This document shows, in pieces, positions 36,126 through 46,135 of a DNA stretch of 64,000 nucleotides. The DNA is taken from positions 7,999 to 71,998 of the forward strand of contig CAMOOV010000001.1 of the NCBI GenBank assembly GCA_946621745.1, in the 5' to 3' direction. Both the position numbers and the translations under genes were made by a program. Below the pieces are notes generated by a model that worked only from the letters and a program-made list of their open reading frames with translations, had not been told where the DNA came from and ran no database searches. Every line of letters starts with the position of its first letter. Positions within the stretch are counted from its first letter, which is position 1. This DNA is from an uncultured Ruminococcus sp. (GTDB lineage: Bacteria; Bacillota; Clostridia; Oscillospirales; Ruminococcaceae).

Positions 36126-37405
36126 TTTGTGAGCTGTTCAAGCGCTGCGAGTTTCACGCAGATGCAGAAAAGCTCCATGGCCTGAGAAAGCTCTTCGCAT
36201 TTCGGATAGGTCGGTGCGATACGGATATTGCTGTCATCCGGATCGTTCTTATAGGGATAGGTCGCGCCTGCACCGGTCAGCGTAACGCCGCCCTCCTTGC
36301 AGAGCTGCACGATGCGCTTAGCCGTCCCCTTCGGTGCATTGAACGAAATAAAGTAGCCGCCCTCCGGCTTTGTCCAGCTTGCAATGCCGAGCGGCGCGAT
36401 CTCCTGCTCCAGCATATCCAGCACGATATCGAATTTCGGTTTCAGCACTGCACGGTGCTTTTCCATATGTGCGCGCATCTTGTCGGCATTGCCGAAGAAC
36501 CGCACATGACGGAGCTGATTGATCTTGTCAAAGCCGATCGTCTGGATGCCGAGCGACTTGCTCAGCTCGTCAAGATTCGTTTTGGATGTATTGAACGCGG
36601 CCACGCCCGCGCCGGGGAATGTGACCTTCGAGGTGGAAACAAACTGATAGAAGATATCGGTATTTCCGGATTCCTCGCAGGCCTGATTGATTGTAAGCGG
36701 CTTTTTCGGCTCTGCGACAAGATGATGAATGCAGTAGGCATTATCCCAGAAAATGCGGAAATCCTTTGCAGCGGGCTTCAGTGCGGCAAATGCGCGGACA
36801 GTCTCGTCACTGTAAACGATGCCGGTCGGATTCGCATAAACCGGCACACACCAGATGCCCTTGACTGCCGGATCAGATTCTGCATATTTTTTGACCATCG
36901 CCATGTCCGGGCCGTTTTCGTCGGTCGGAACGGGAATCATTTCAACATCAAAATACTCTGTCAGTGCAAAGTGCCTGTCATAGCCGGGAACCGGGCAAAG
37001 GAATTTGACCTTGTCCAGCGTTTTCCATGCCGGACATCCGGCAATGCCCTTGACATAAGCGATTTGCAGACAGGCGAACATCAGCTCAAGACTGGAGTTT
37101 CCGCCGATGAACATTTCCTCCGGCTTTGCGCCGAGGATATCCGCAAAGAGCTTCTTTGCCTCGGAAATACCGGAAAGCACACCGTAATTGCGGCAGTCAT
37201 CGCCGCTCTCAGAGATCATGCCGGCATCAGCGGGCAGTGCATCCATGAGCGGAAGTGTCAGATCAAGCTGTTCAGGGCCGGGCTTGCCGCGTGCCATATT
37301 CAGGCTGAGCTTCTTCGCCTGAAATGCATCGTATGCATCCTTCGTCTGCTGAAGCAGGGCTGCAAGCGCTTCGGCACCCTGCGCATTCAACGGCTTTTTT
37401 TCCAT
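36122..37405 (-). CDS. PLP-dependent aminotransferase (class I/II fold, Asp-aminotransferase-like)
   Basis: LNMARGKPGPEQLDL, FIGGNSSLELMF and STSKVTFPGAGVA (PLP Lys region). The start is uncertain (ATG 37405, 37420 or 37483). Confidence 0.7.
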   Translation of the reverse strand: MEKKPLNAQGAEALAALLQQTKDAYDAFQAKKLSLNMARGKPGPEQLDLTLPLMDALPADAGMISESGDDCRNYGVLSGISEAKKLFADILGAKPEEMFIGGNSSLELMFACLQIAYVKGIAGCPAWKTLDKVKFLCPVPGYDRHFALTEYFDVEMIPVPTDENGPDMAMVKKYAESDPAVKGIWCVPVYANPTGIVYSDETVRAFAALKPAAKDFRIFWDNAYCIHHLVAEPKKPLTINQACEESGNTDIFYQFVSTSKVTFPGAGVAAFNTSKTNLDELSKSLGIQTIGFDKINQLRHVRFFGNADKMRAHMEKHRAVLKPKFDIVLDMLEQEIAPLGIASWTKPEGGYFISFNAPKGTAKRIVQLCKEGGVTLTGAGATYPYKNDPDDSNIRIAPTYPKCEELSQAMELFCICVKLAALEQLTK

Positions 37406-37488
37406 ATTATCGGAAACCATCCTTTCGTAGCTGTGGGATCGCACTGATATTGATAATTTTTTCACAATCTCATGCTGATCCATTTTTT

Positions 37489-37517
37489 ATTATATCACAT
37501 ATTGACTGAAAATGCAA
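37489..37517 (-). promoter_or_regulatory. sigma-A promoter for the aminotransferase-DUF3592-serS operon
   Basis: On the minus strand: TTGCAT, a 17-nt spacer, then TATAAT with a TGa extension. Confidence 0.45.
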
Positions 37518-37705
37518 GAGCGAATTGATAATAAAAACCGTCTTTCAAAAAAGTTTTCATTCCGTATCCGTCGATGTCCGCCGCGTTTTTTCAGGCACTG
37601 TCCGTCCGCAGGAACCCGCTTACAGCGCCGAAAAATCAATCACTCAATATCCGCCGAAAACAAGTGTCAAGTTTTGTATAAAGCGACAATGATTCTTCCG
37701 GATGC

Positions 37706-37734
37706 TTGAAATTATCTCCGCATTATGCTATAAT
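37706..37734 (+). promoter_or_regulatory. sigma-A promoter for dnaA
   Basis: TTGAAA, a 17-nt spacer, then TATAAT. About 100 nt upstream of the dnaA start. Confidence 0.5.
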
Positions 37735-37835
37735 ATATCTTGTATGCGACTGTCCTGAAATCGGCCAAAATCGGCCGATCTGAGGGTAAGTCTGTCTGCT
37801 GAAACAATACTATTTATAATATACAGAAAGAGGAT

Positions 37836-39209
37836 GTGAACAAACCCGTGAATTCCTTTGAAGAAGTGTTTGAAGCGGTGAAGGAATACTGCTCAAGAGA
37901 CGGTAAGGTCGGAAATCTGGCAAAGGGACTCTGGCTGGACACATTGCGTCCGGCAAGACTGGAGGGATCGGATGCAGTCATCTACTGCCCCTCCGAATTT
38001 CAGCGTATGATCGTTGAAAATAATTATTCACGCCCGCTTCAGGAGGCGTTTACACAGATCCTTGGCTTTCCGGTCACGCTGCGTCTGATCGTTCAGGAGC
38101 AGAATGAGGAATCGGAGACCAACACACCTGCGGAAGAAAATCCGGTCGCGGAGCTGAACAAGCATTCCGGCGACGGCGAATATGCCTATACCTTTGATAC
38201 ATTTATCGTCGGCGGCTCAAACCAGTTTGCATACGCAGCCTGCACGAGCATTGCACGCGGCGACGGCAGCGGCAATACCTATAACCCGCTGTTCATCTAC
38301 GGACCGTCCGGTCTCGGAAAAACACATCTGCTTATGGCGATCGCACACGAAATGAAAAAGCGCGATCCGAATCTCAACATTATTTATGTCACGGGTGAAA
38401 CATTCACAAATGAGCTGATCGAGGCGATTCAGCAGAAAAAGGATACCTCCGAATTCCACGGAAAATACCGCAGCGCAGATGTGCTGCTCGTCGATGATGT
38501 CCATTTCATCAGCGGCAAGGAATCGACGCAGGAGGAATTCTTCCACACCTTCAATATCCTGCACGCGGCCGGCAAGCAGATCGTTCTGACATCCGACCGT
38601 CCGCCGAAGGATATCCGCATTCTGGAGGATCGCATCCGCACACGCTTTGAATCCGGCCTTATCACGGATATTTCCATGCCGGACTTTGAAACGCGTGTCG
38701 CGATCATCCGCCGCAAGGCAGAGCTGCTGGATCTCAATATCCCGGACGATGTGGCGGAGTTCATCGCGAACCGCCTGAAATCGAATATCCGTCAGCTGGA
38801 GGGCGCCGTCAAGCGTCTGAAGGCGCTGAAATCGCTTGCGGATTCCGCACCCTCGCTCTCCATGGCGCAGAGCGTCATCCGCGATATTCTCACCGATGAG
38901 CAGCCGACACCGGTCACGGTCGAGAATATCATTCAGGAAGTCTCGAATCTTTACGGCGTCACGCCGGAGGATATCCGCTCGAAGAAGCGCTCGCAGCAGA
39001 TATCCAATGCGCGCAAGGTCGCGATCTATCTCGTACACGACATCACACAGATGACGCTTGCTTCGATCGGAGAGGAATTCGGCAACCGCGATCACTCTAC
39101 AATCGTTTACGCGGTGAAATATGTCGTCAATAATATGAAGAAGGATTCCGATTTCCGCGATGCGATTGAAAGCATCAGCAAAACCATTCGTGACGGTTCC
39201 GGAAAATAA
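37836..39209 (+). CDS. dnaA: chromosomal replication initiator protein DnaA
   Basis: GTG start (GTG 37848 is an alternative). Walker A GPSGLGKTHLL, sensor motifs and the C-terminal DNA-binding signature NRDHSTIVYAVKYV. Confidence 0.95.
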   Translation: MNKPVNSFEEVFEAVKEYCSRDGKVGNLAKGLWLDTLRPARLEGSDAVIYCPSEFQRMIVENNYSRPLQEAFTQILGFPVTLRLIVQEQNEESETNTPAEENPVAELNKHSGDGEYAYTFDTFIVGGSNQFAYAACTSIARGDGSGNTYNPLFIYGPSGLGKTHLLMAIAHEMKKRDPNLNIIYVTGETFTNELIEAIQQKKDTSEFHGKYRSADVLLVDDVHFISGKESTQEEFFHTFNILHAAGKQIVLTSDRPPKDIRILEDRIRTRFESGLITDISMPDFETRVAIIRRKAELLDLNIPDDVAEFIANRLKSNIRQLEGAVKRLKALKSLADSAPSLSMAQSVIRDILTDEQPTPVTVENIIQEVSNLYGVTPEDIRSKKRSQQISNARKVAIYLVHDITQMTLASIGEEFGNRDHSTIVYAVKYVVNNMKKDSDFRDAIESISKTIRDGSGK

Positions 39210-39766
39210 TCCTGAAAGGTTTTCCACTTCTTTGTGCATTGCTCTGATTTGTTTGAAATCTGTCGAAACTGCAAAAATCAACGAACTGGAAAATTTACAA
39301 AGCGATAACAAAGAGCATTTGTTCGGATTTTTGGCGTTTCAACAGCTGTTGAAAGAAATGTTGAAAACTAGCCGCGTAATTTCGGGGAAAATCAGAATTT
39401 CCACTTCCGAAATGTGGAAAACAGCCCTGTATACTCCGAGTATTCACAGTTTCAACCAAATTTTCAACATTCTTTCCCGTGGTTTCCACTTTTTACACCC
39501 GACCGAAAAGATTACAAATGCTTTTCAACTTTTCACATTTCTCTGCACAATGCGCCGTGGAAAAAAAGCCGCACGTTTCAAAGCCGGATTTGCAAGCGGC
39601 AGCGGGATTTTTCCGACCGGCAAAATAAGATTCCACAATTTCAAGTCCTCTACTGTTTCTACTGTTTTATATAATATGATATCATATGACAGACAGCGAA
39701 AAGCGCTTCTCCGGAATGAGAGCGGCTGTGGAAAACGCTTCTGTCATCAGAAAGGATCTCTGTCAA
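39210..39766. other. oriC-type DnaA-box cluster plus AT-rich element in the dnaA-dnaN spacer
   Basis: TTCCAC-core boxes at 39220, 39397, 39413 (TGTGGAAAA), 39482, 39556, 39629 and 39727 (TGTGGAAAA). AT-rich ctactgtttctactgttttatataatatgatatcatatga at about 39650-39695. The 557-bp spacer has no credible CDS. Confidence 0.75.
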
Positions 39767-40876
39767 ATGAAAATTACCTGTCAGAAAACAGACCTCACAG
39801 AAGTTCTGCCGAATGTTGCAAAGGCTGCCAGCGCAAAGACACCGATGGAAGCACTCGCTGCGATTCATCTCTGCGCAGAGGGGCAGGAGCTGATCCTCAC
39901 CGGCTATGATCTGGAGCTCGGTATCCGGACGCAGATCCCCGCAGCCGTTGAAGAGGGCGGAACACTGCTGACAGACAGCCGTCTTTTCTCAGAGCTTGTC
40001 CGCAGAATGCCGGACGGTGTTCTGACGATCGAGACCGATGACCACCTGAAAATTACGATTACCGGAAGCGGCACATCCTGTCAGCTTCCCGGAATGCGCG
40101 CCGACGAATATCCGGATCTGCCGGATATCGAACAGGGCAAGGGTGCGGTTATTCCGCAAAGTCTGTTCAAGAACATGATCGACCAGACAATCTACGCCGT
40201 TTCGCTCGATGAGACCAAACCGATCTTCACCGGCGAGCTGATCGAAATGACAGACGATGTGCTGAATATCGTTGCGCTTGACAATTACCGCATGGCGATC
40301 CGGACAGAGCCGCTGCCGGGACAGGAGCCGATGAAATTCGTCGTGCCGGCAAAGGCGCTCCGCGAGATCGAGCATCTGCTCGGCGATGACGAAAAGAATG
40401 AAGCGCCCTGCCGGATCCGTCTCGACCAGAGTCACGCAATGTTCGAGATCAATCACTATGTTGTTTATACGCGGCTGCTCGCAGGCGAATTTATCAACTA
40501 TCGCCGAAGCATCCCGGAGAATGTCAAGACAGAGCTGACACTGAACCGCCGTGAGCTGATGGACAGCTTAGAGCGCTGCGCACTGCTCATCTCGGAGAAG
40601 AACAAGACCGCCGTGCGCTTCCAGCTGGAGGACGACCGGCTGCTCATCAACTGCCAGAATGTTGTCGGCAGTGTGGATGATGTGCTCAGCTGCGAAATGA
40701 CCGGCGAGAAAATGGTCATCGGCTTCAATAACCGCTACCTGCTCGATGCGGTGCGCGTCGTGCAGAGCGATAAGGTGCGCCTGATGCTGACGGCAGCAGA
40801 CCGCGCCGTCAAGATCATGGAAGCAGACGGTGACGGTTCGATTGCGATCATCATGCCGGTTCAGGTTCGCCGCTGA
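39767..40876 (+). CDS. dnaN: DNA polymerase III beta sliding clamp
   Basis: Start moved to MKITCQKTDL (RBS aaagga). 369 aa. Canonical position after dnaA. Confidence 0.95.
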   Translation: MKITCQKTDLTEVLPNVAKAASAKTPMEALAAIHLCAEGQELILTGYDLELGIRTQIPAAVEEGGTLLTDSRLFSELVRRMPDGVLTIETDDHLKITITGSGTSCQLPGMRADEYPDLPDIEQGKGAVIPQSLFKNMIDQTIYAVSLDETKPIFTGELIEMTDDVLNIVALDNYRMAIRTEPLPGQEPMKFVVPAKALREIEHLLGDDEKNEAPCRIRLDQSHAMFEINHYVVYTRLLAGEFINYRRSIPENVKTELTLNRRELMDSLERCALLISEKNKTAVRFQLEDDRLLINCQNVVGSVDDVLSCEMTGEKMVIGFNNRYLLDAVRVVQSDKVRLMLTAADRAVKIMEADGDGSIAIIMPVQVRR

Positions 40877-40887
40877 CGGAGAATGCT

Positions 40888-41118
40888 ATGGAACAGATCA
40901 ATATTACGATCAAAACGCCGTTTATCAAGCTCGAACAGCTTCTGAAGCTCGCGGGGCTGACGGATACCGGCGGATTTGCAAAGCAGATCATTCAGGACGG
41001 CGCGGTCAGCGTCAACGGAGCGGTCTGCACAATGCGCGGAAAGAAGATCCGCGGGGGCGATACCGTGACAGTGGAAAATTATCAGGTCAATGTCACCGCG
41101 CCGGAAGAAGATGCGTAA
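40888..41118 (+). CDS. yaaA: S4-domain RNA-binding protein YaaA/RlbA
   Basis: IKLEQLLKLAGLTDTGGFAKQIIQDGAVSVNGAVCTMRGKKIRGGDTV. Lies between dnaN and recF. Confidence 0.85.
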   Translation: MEQINITIKTPFIKLEQLLKLAGLTDTGGFAKQIIQDGAVSVNGAVCTMRGKKIRGGDTVTVENYQVNVTAPEEDA

Positions 41119-42261
41119 ATGCGGATCTTATCATTCAGTGCGGAGGGCTTCCGCAATCTGGAACAGCTGCAAATGTCGCCGCATCCGGACAGAAATCTGA
41201 TCTGCGGCAATAACGCGCAGGGCAAGACGAATCTGCTGGAGGCGATCTGGAGCTGTACCGGCTGCCGCAGCTTTCGCGGCGCAAGGGAAAAGGATTTCAT
41301 CGGGCTGAAAGCACAGGCAATGCATCTGCATCTGAAATTTCAGGACAGCAGGCGCGTGCAGGAGATCCGGATTCACATGGCACGCGGCGAGGGCAAGCAG
41401 AAAAAGATCCTGCTCAACGGTGTTCCGCTCAAAGGCGGAAGCGGATTGTTCTCGCAGTTTCAGTGCGTGGTATTCTCGCCGGATGACCGCGAGCTGATCC
41501 GTTCGGGGCCGGAGAAGCGCCGCAGCTTCATGGATCTCTGCGGCTCGCAGCTCACACCGGCCATGCTCGGCTGTCTGCGGCGGTTCGATCAGCTGACCGC
41601 GCAGCGCAATGCCGTTCTGAAACAGATCCAGCTCGGCACCGCGAAAAAGCGCGACCTTGCGGACTGGGATATCCAGCTTGCTTCATACGGCAGTCTGCTG
41701 ACCTGCCTGCGGTATGCGTATATCCGGCAGCTTGCGGCAGTCTGCGAGCAGCTGTATGCATCGGTCACGGACGGCAGGGAAAAGCTCGCCGTGAAATACC
41801 GCTCGAATCTGTTCCGGAATTCGGAGATTCCCGAAAAGCCGACGAAGGAAATGCAGCAGCATTATTTTGAGCAGCTGCAAAAAAGTGCGGATGATGACAT
41901 CCGGCTCGGCTTTACCGCAAAGGGCGCCGGCAGGGATGATTTCAGCTGCAAGATCGGCGGACTTTCCGTGCGGGAATTCGGCTCGCAGGGACAGCAGAAA
42001 AGCACGGCGCTTGTTCTGAAGCTCGCGCAGGCGGCGGTCTTTTATGACAAAAAGGACGAAACGCCGGTCATTCTGCTGGATGATGTCATGGGCGAGCTGG
42101 ACACGCAGCGTCAGCGGCTCGTGTATGATATCGTCAACGATATGCAGATCTTTCTGACAACACCGCAGCCGGAGGCCGTCGGATTTTCCGGTACGGGAAA
42201 CCGCTACAGCATGGAAAACGGCTGTCTGACGGAACAGAATGCAGAGCCGGAGGGCGCATAA
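41119..42261 (+). CDS. recF: DNA replication and repair protein RecF
   Basis: FRNLEQLQMSPHPDRNLICGNNAQGKTNLLEAI (Walker A). SMC-like signature SQGQQKS. Walker B ILLDDV. Confidence 0.95.
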   Translation: MRILSFSAEGFRNLEQLQMSPHPDRNLICGNNAQGKTNLLEAIWSCTGCRSFRGAREKDFIGLKAQAMHLHLKFQDSRRVQEIRIHMARGEGKQKKILLNGVPLKGGSGLFSQFQCVVFSPDDRELIRSGPEKRRSFMDLCGSQLTPAMLGCLRRFDQLTAQRNAVLKQIQLGTAKKRDLADWDIQLASYGSLLTCLRYAYIRQLAAVCEQLYASVTDGREKLAVKYRSNLFRNSEIPEKPTKEMQQHYFEQLQKSADDDIRLGFTAKGAGRDDFSCKIGGLSVREFGSQGQQKSTALVLKLAQAAVFYDKKDETPVILLDDVMGELDTQRQRLVYDIVNDMQIFLTTPQPEAVGFSGTGNRYSMENGCLTEQNAEPEGA

Positions 42262-42515
42262 TGTATATTCATCTCGGAGAACAGATCTCGATCAACGATA
42301 CGACCGTGATCGGGGTATTTGATATTGAAAATACGACGATCGGACAGGACACCCGCGCTTACCTGAGCCGGTTGGAGAAAGAGGGCAGAGCCGTCAATGT
42401 CTCGGCGGAGATGCCGAAGAGCTTTGTCGTCTGTATGGAGAACGGCGAGGAGATCGCGTATATATCCTCGATCTCGGTCGCAACGCTCCGCAAGCGGGCA
42501 TTGACAATGTTCTGA
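42261..42515 (+). CDS. DUF370 (YaaB/RemB-like) protein
   Basis: MYIHLGEQISINDTTVIGVFDIENTT...PKSFVVC. Conserved recF-DUF370-gyrB position. Confidence 0.8.
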   Translation: MYIHLGEQISINDTTVIGVFDIENTTIGQDTRAYLSRLEKEGRAVNVSAEMPKSFVVCMENGEEIAYISSISVATLRKRALTMF

Positions 42516-42530
42516 ACGCCGTACCGGTGA

Positions 42531-44522
<1,992 letters not shown>

Positions 44523-44537
44523 TCCGAAAGGGAATCT

Positions 44538-45407
44538 ATGGCAAAGGAAGAAAAGCTCCTGACTGTCCAAACGAAAATGAAGGACAGCGATTTTGATGAT
44601 GTATACCGCATCTATCTCAGCAACGAACGCGGCAGCGACCGCATGATCGGCGTCGTCACCTGCATTGTGCTCGGCGTGATCTGCGTGCTGCTCTGCATTC
44701 TGCTGAAGCGCATGACATTTCTGTTCTATACGCTCGGATGTCTGCTGGCGGGCGTGGCATTCTATTTCACACCGGCAAATAAAAAGTTCATTGCGACAAA
44801 CCGGCTCCAGTTCGGCGAATGGCGCGAGATCACATTCTATCCGCATTCGCTGACGGTCATGGAGATCTTTGAGAAGGACGAGACCGAGAAAATGGATCCC
44901 GATGAGCTGGCTGATGCGGTCACCCCGATCGGCACCGGCAGCCTGATCGCATATGAGAATGCCCGCGGCTTTTTGTTCGCGGAGAACAAGATCGTCAATC
45001 AGTTTGTTTATGTTGCAAAGCGCGATCTGAACCGGCAGGAAATCGCCGAGATCCGGAAATATGCCGAAGAAAACTGCTCCGGCGGATATCATCAGCTCGA
45101 AACGGCCTCGATCGTGGACGGCGAGGAACCGCCCGTTCCGGAGGATGACGAGAATGCAGCTTCCGTGACTGCCGAACTCTGCGGCCGGTATTACGGCGCA
45201 AAGCAGCTCCGGCTCTATGATGAAGAGGGGCAGCGAGTCGATCCGGAGGGCAGGCCGATTTACATGGAAGACGATGAAACGGATGCTGCGGATGACGCAC
45301 AGCAGGAAGCGCATACCGAAACAATGGATGTGCCGGAAATCAATATTGAGGAAGCATTCGAGGATATCATTGCCGAGGAGACGGAGGAACCGGAAGATGG
45401 CGAATAA
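44538..45407 (+). CDS. two-TM YcxB-like membrane protein with an acidic tail
   Basis: TM hairpin (IGVVTCIVLGVICVLLCILL / FLFYTLGCLLAGVAFYF), a PH-like region (FLFAENKIVNQFVYVAKRDL) and a D/E-rich C-terminus. Confidence 0.5.
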   Translation: MAKEEKLLTVQTKMKDSDFDDVYRIYLSNERGSDRMIGVVTCIVLGVICVLLCILLKRMTFLFYTLGCLLAGVAFYFTPANKKFIATNRLQFGEWREITFYPHSLTVMEIFEKDETEKMDPDELADAVTPIGTGSLIAYENARGFLFAENKIVNQFVYVAKRDLNRQEIAEIRKYAEENCSGGYHQLETASIVDGEEPPVPEDDENAASVTAELCGRYYGAKQLRLYDEEGQRVDPEGRPIYMEDDETDAADDAQQEAHTETMDVPEINIEEAFEDIIAEETEEPEDGE

Positions 45408-46035
45408 GACACCGCTGCTGGAGCGCAGCTATCATATCCCGCTTGCGATGTTCGACGATGCATTCCGGAATTTCCAGAAAAAATATGTCTATCCGCAGAA
45501 TTTTCTTCTGACCGCAGTGCTGCTGGTGATCGCCGGCGTATATATTCATGCGGTCATCAAGGACAATACGCAGACGCTTGCATATATCCTGATCCTCACC
45601 TGCCTGGCGGTCATTCTCGTGCGCTGGTACCGGACGCTCAAGCTGCGCCGGGCGGTGCATGATGCGCTGAAAGAGGTCGAGCAGGATACCTATGCGCTCT
45701 CCGTTTTTGAGGACGGGCTGGAAATCAGGACGGAGGATGCGCCGGAGCCGCCCGCAGAGGAAGCAGCGCCCGAAGCAGAAGTGCCCGCAGAGCCGGAGCC
45801 TGCTGACAGTGAAAAGCCGGACGGAAACGGCTTCCAGCAGCTCTTTCCGGAGGAGACGGCCGAGAATGAACCGATCCCGCCGACGGAGATCCGCTTCGGA
45901 AACGGCGTGAAGATCCACGAATATCCGGAATACTTTCTGGTCTATCTTGTCCGGTCGAATTTCTATGTCATTCCGAAGAAGGATTTCTCGGAGGACGAGA
46001 CAGCACAGCTCCGGAAAATCTTCCGCCTTGCGTGA
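45397..46035 (+). CDS. two-TM YcxB-like membrane protein (paralogous architecture)
   Basis: Start moved to MANKTPLLERSY (ATG 45397), overlapping the upstream gene by 11 nt. TM hairpin. C-terminal YFLVYLVRSNFYVIPKKDFSEDE. Confidence 0.5.
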   Translation: MANKTPLLERSYHIPLAMFDDAFRNFQKKYVYPQNFLLTAVLLVIAGVYIHAVIKDNTQTLAYILILTCLAVILVRWYRTLKLRRAVHDALKEVEQDTYALSVFEDGLEIRTEDAPEPPAEEAAPEAEVPAEPEPADSEKPDGNGFQQLFPEETAENEPIPPTEIRFGNGVKIHEYPEYFLVYLVRSNFYVIPKKDFSEDETAQLRKIFRLA

Positions 46036-46135
46036 ATGTCCGCGCAGTATCAGTCAAACCGCATGAACGGAACGGCTGCGGATGCAGCTATGTCCGCTGC
46101 ATGATCTTATTTCATGAAAAGAGGAGGCAGAATCC

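Noticed and set aside
37484-37835. A DnaA-box cluster upstream of dnaA (the classical oriC left half).
   Set aside because: Only poor matches are present (for example ttatatcaca and atatccgcc), and none retain the TCCACA core. The region is better explained by two divergent promoters.
39160-39909. 249-aa ORF covering the whole dnaA-dnaN spacer.
   Set aside because: It overlaps the dnaA 3' end and the dnaN 5' end, and its sequence is the DnaA-box and AT-rich origin region. It has no RBS or motif, so I treat the region as non-coding oriC.
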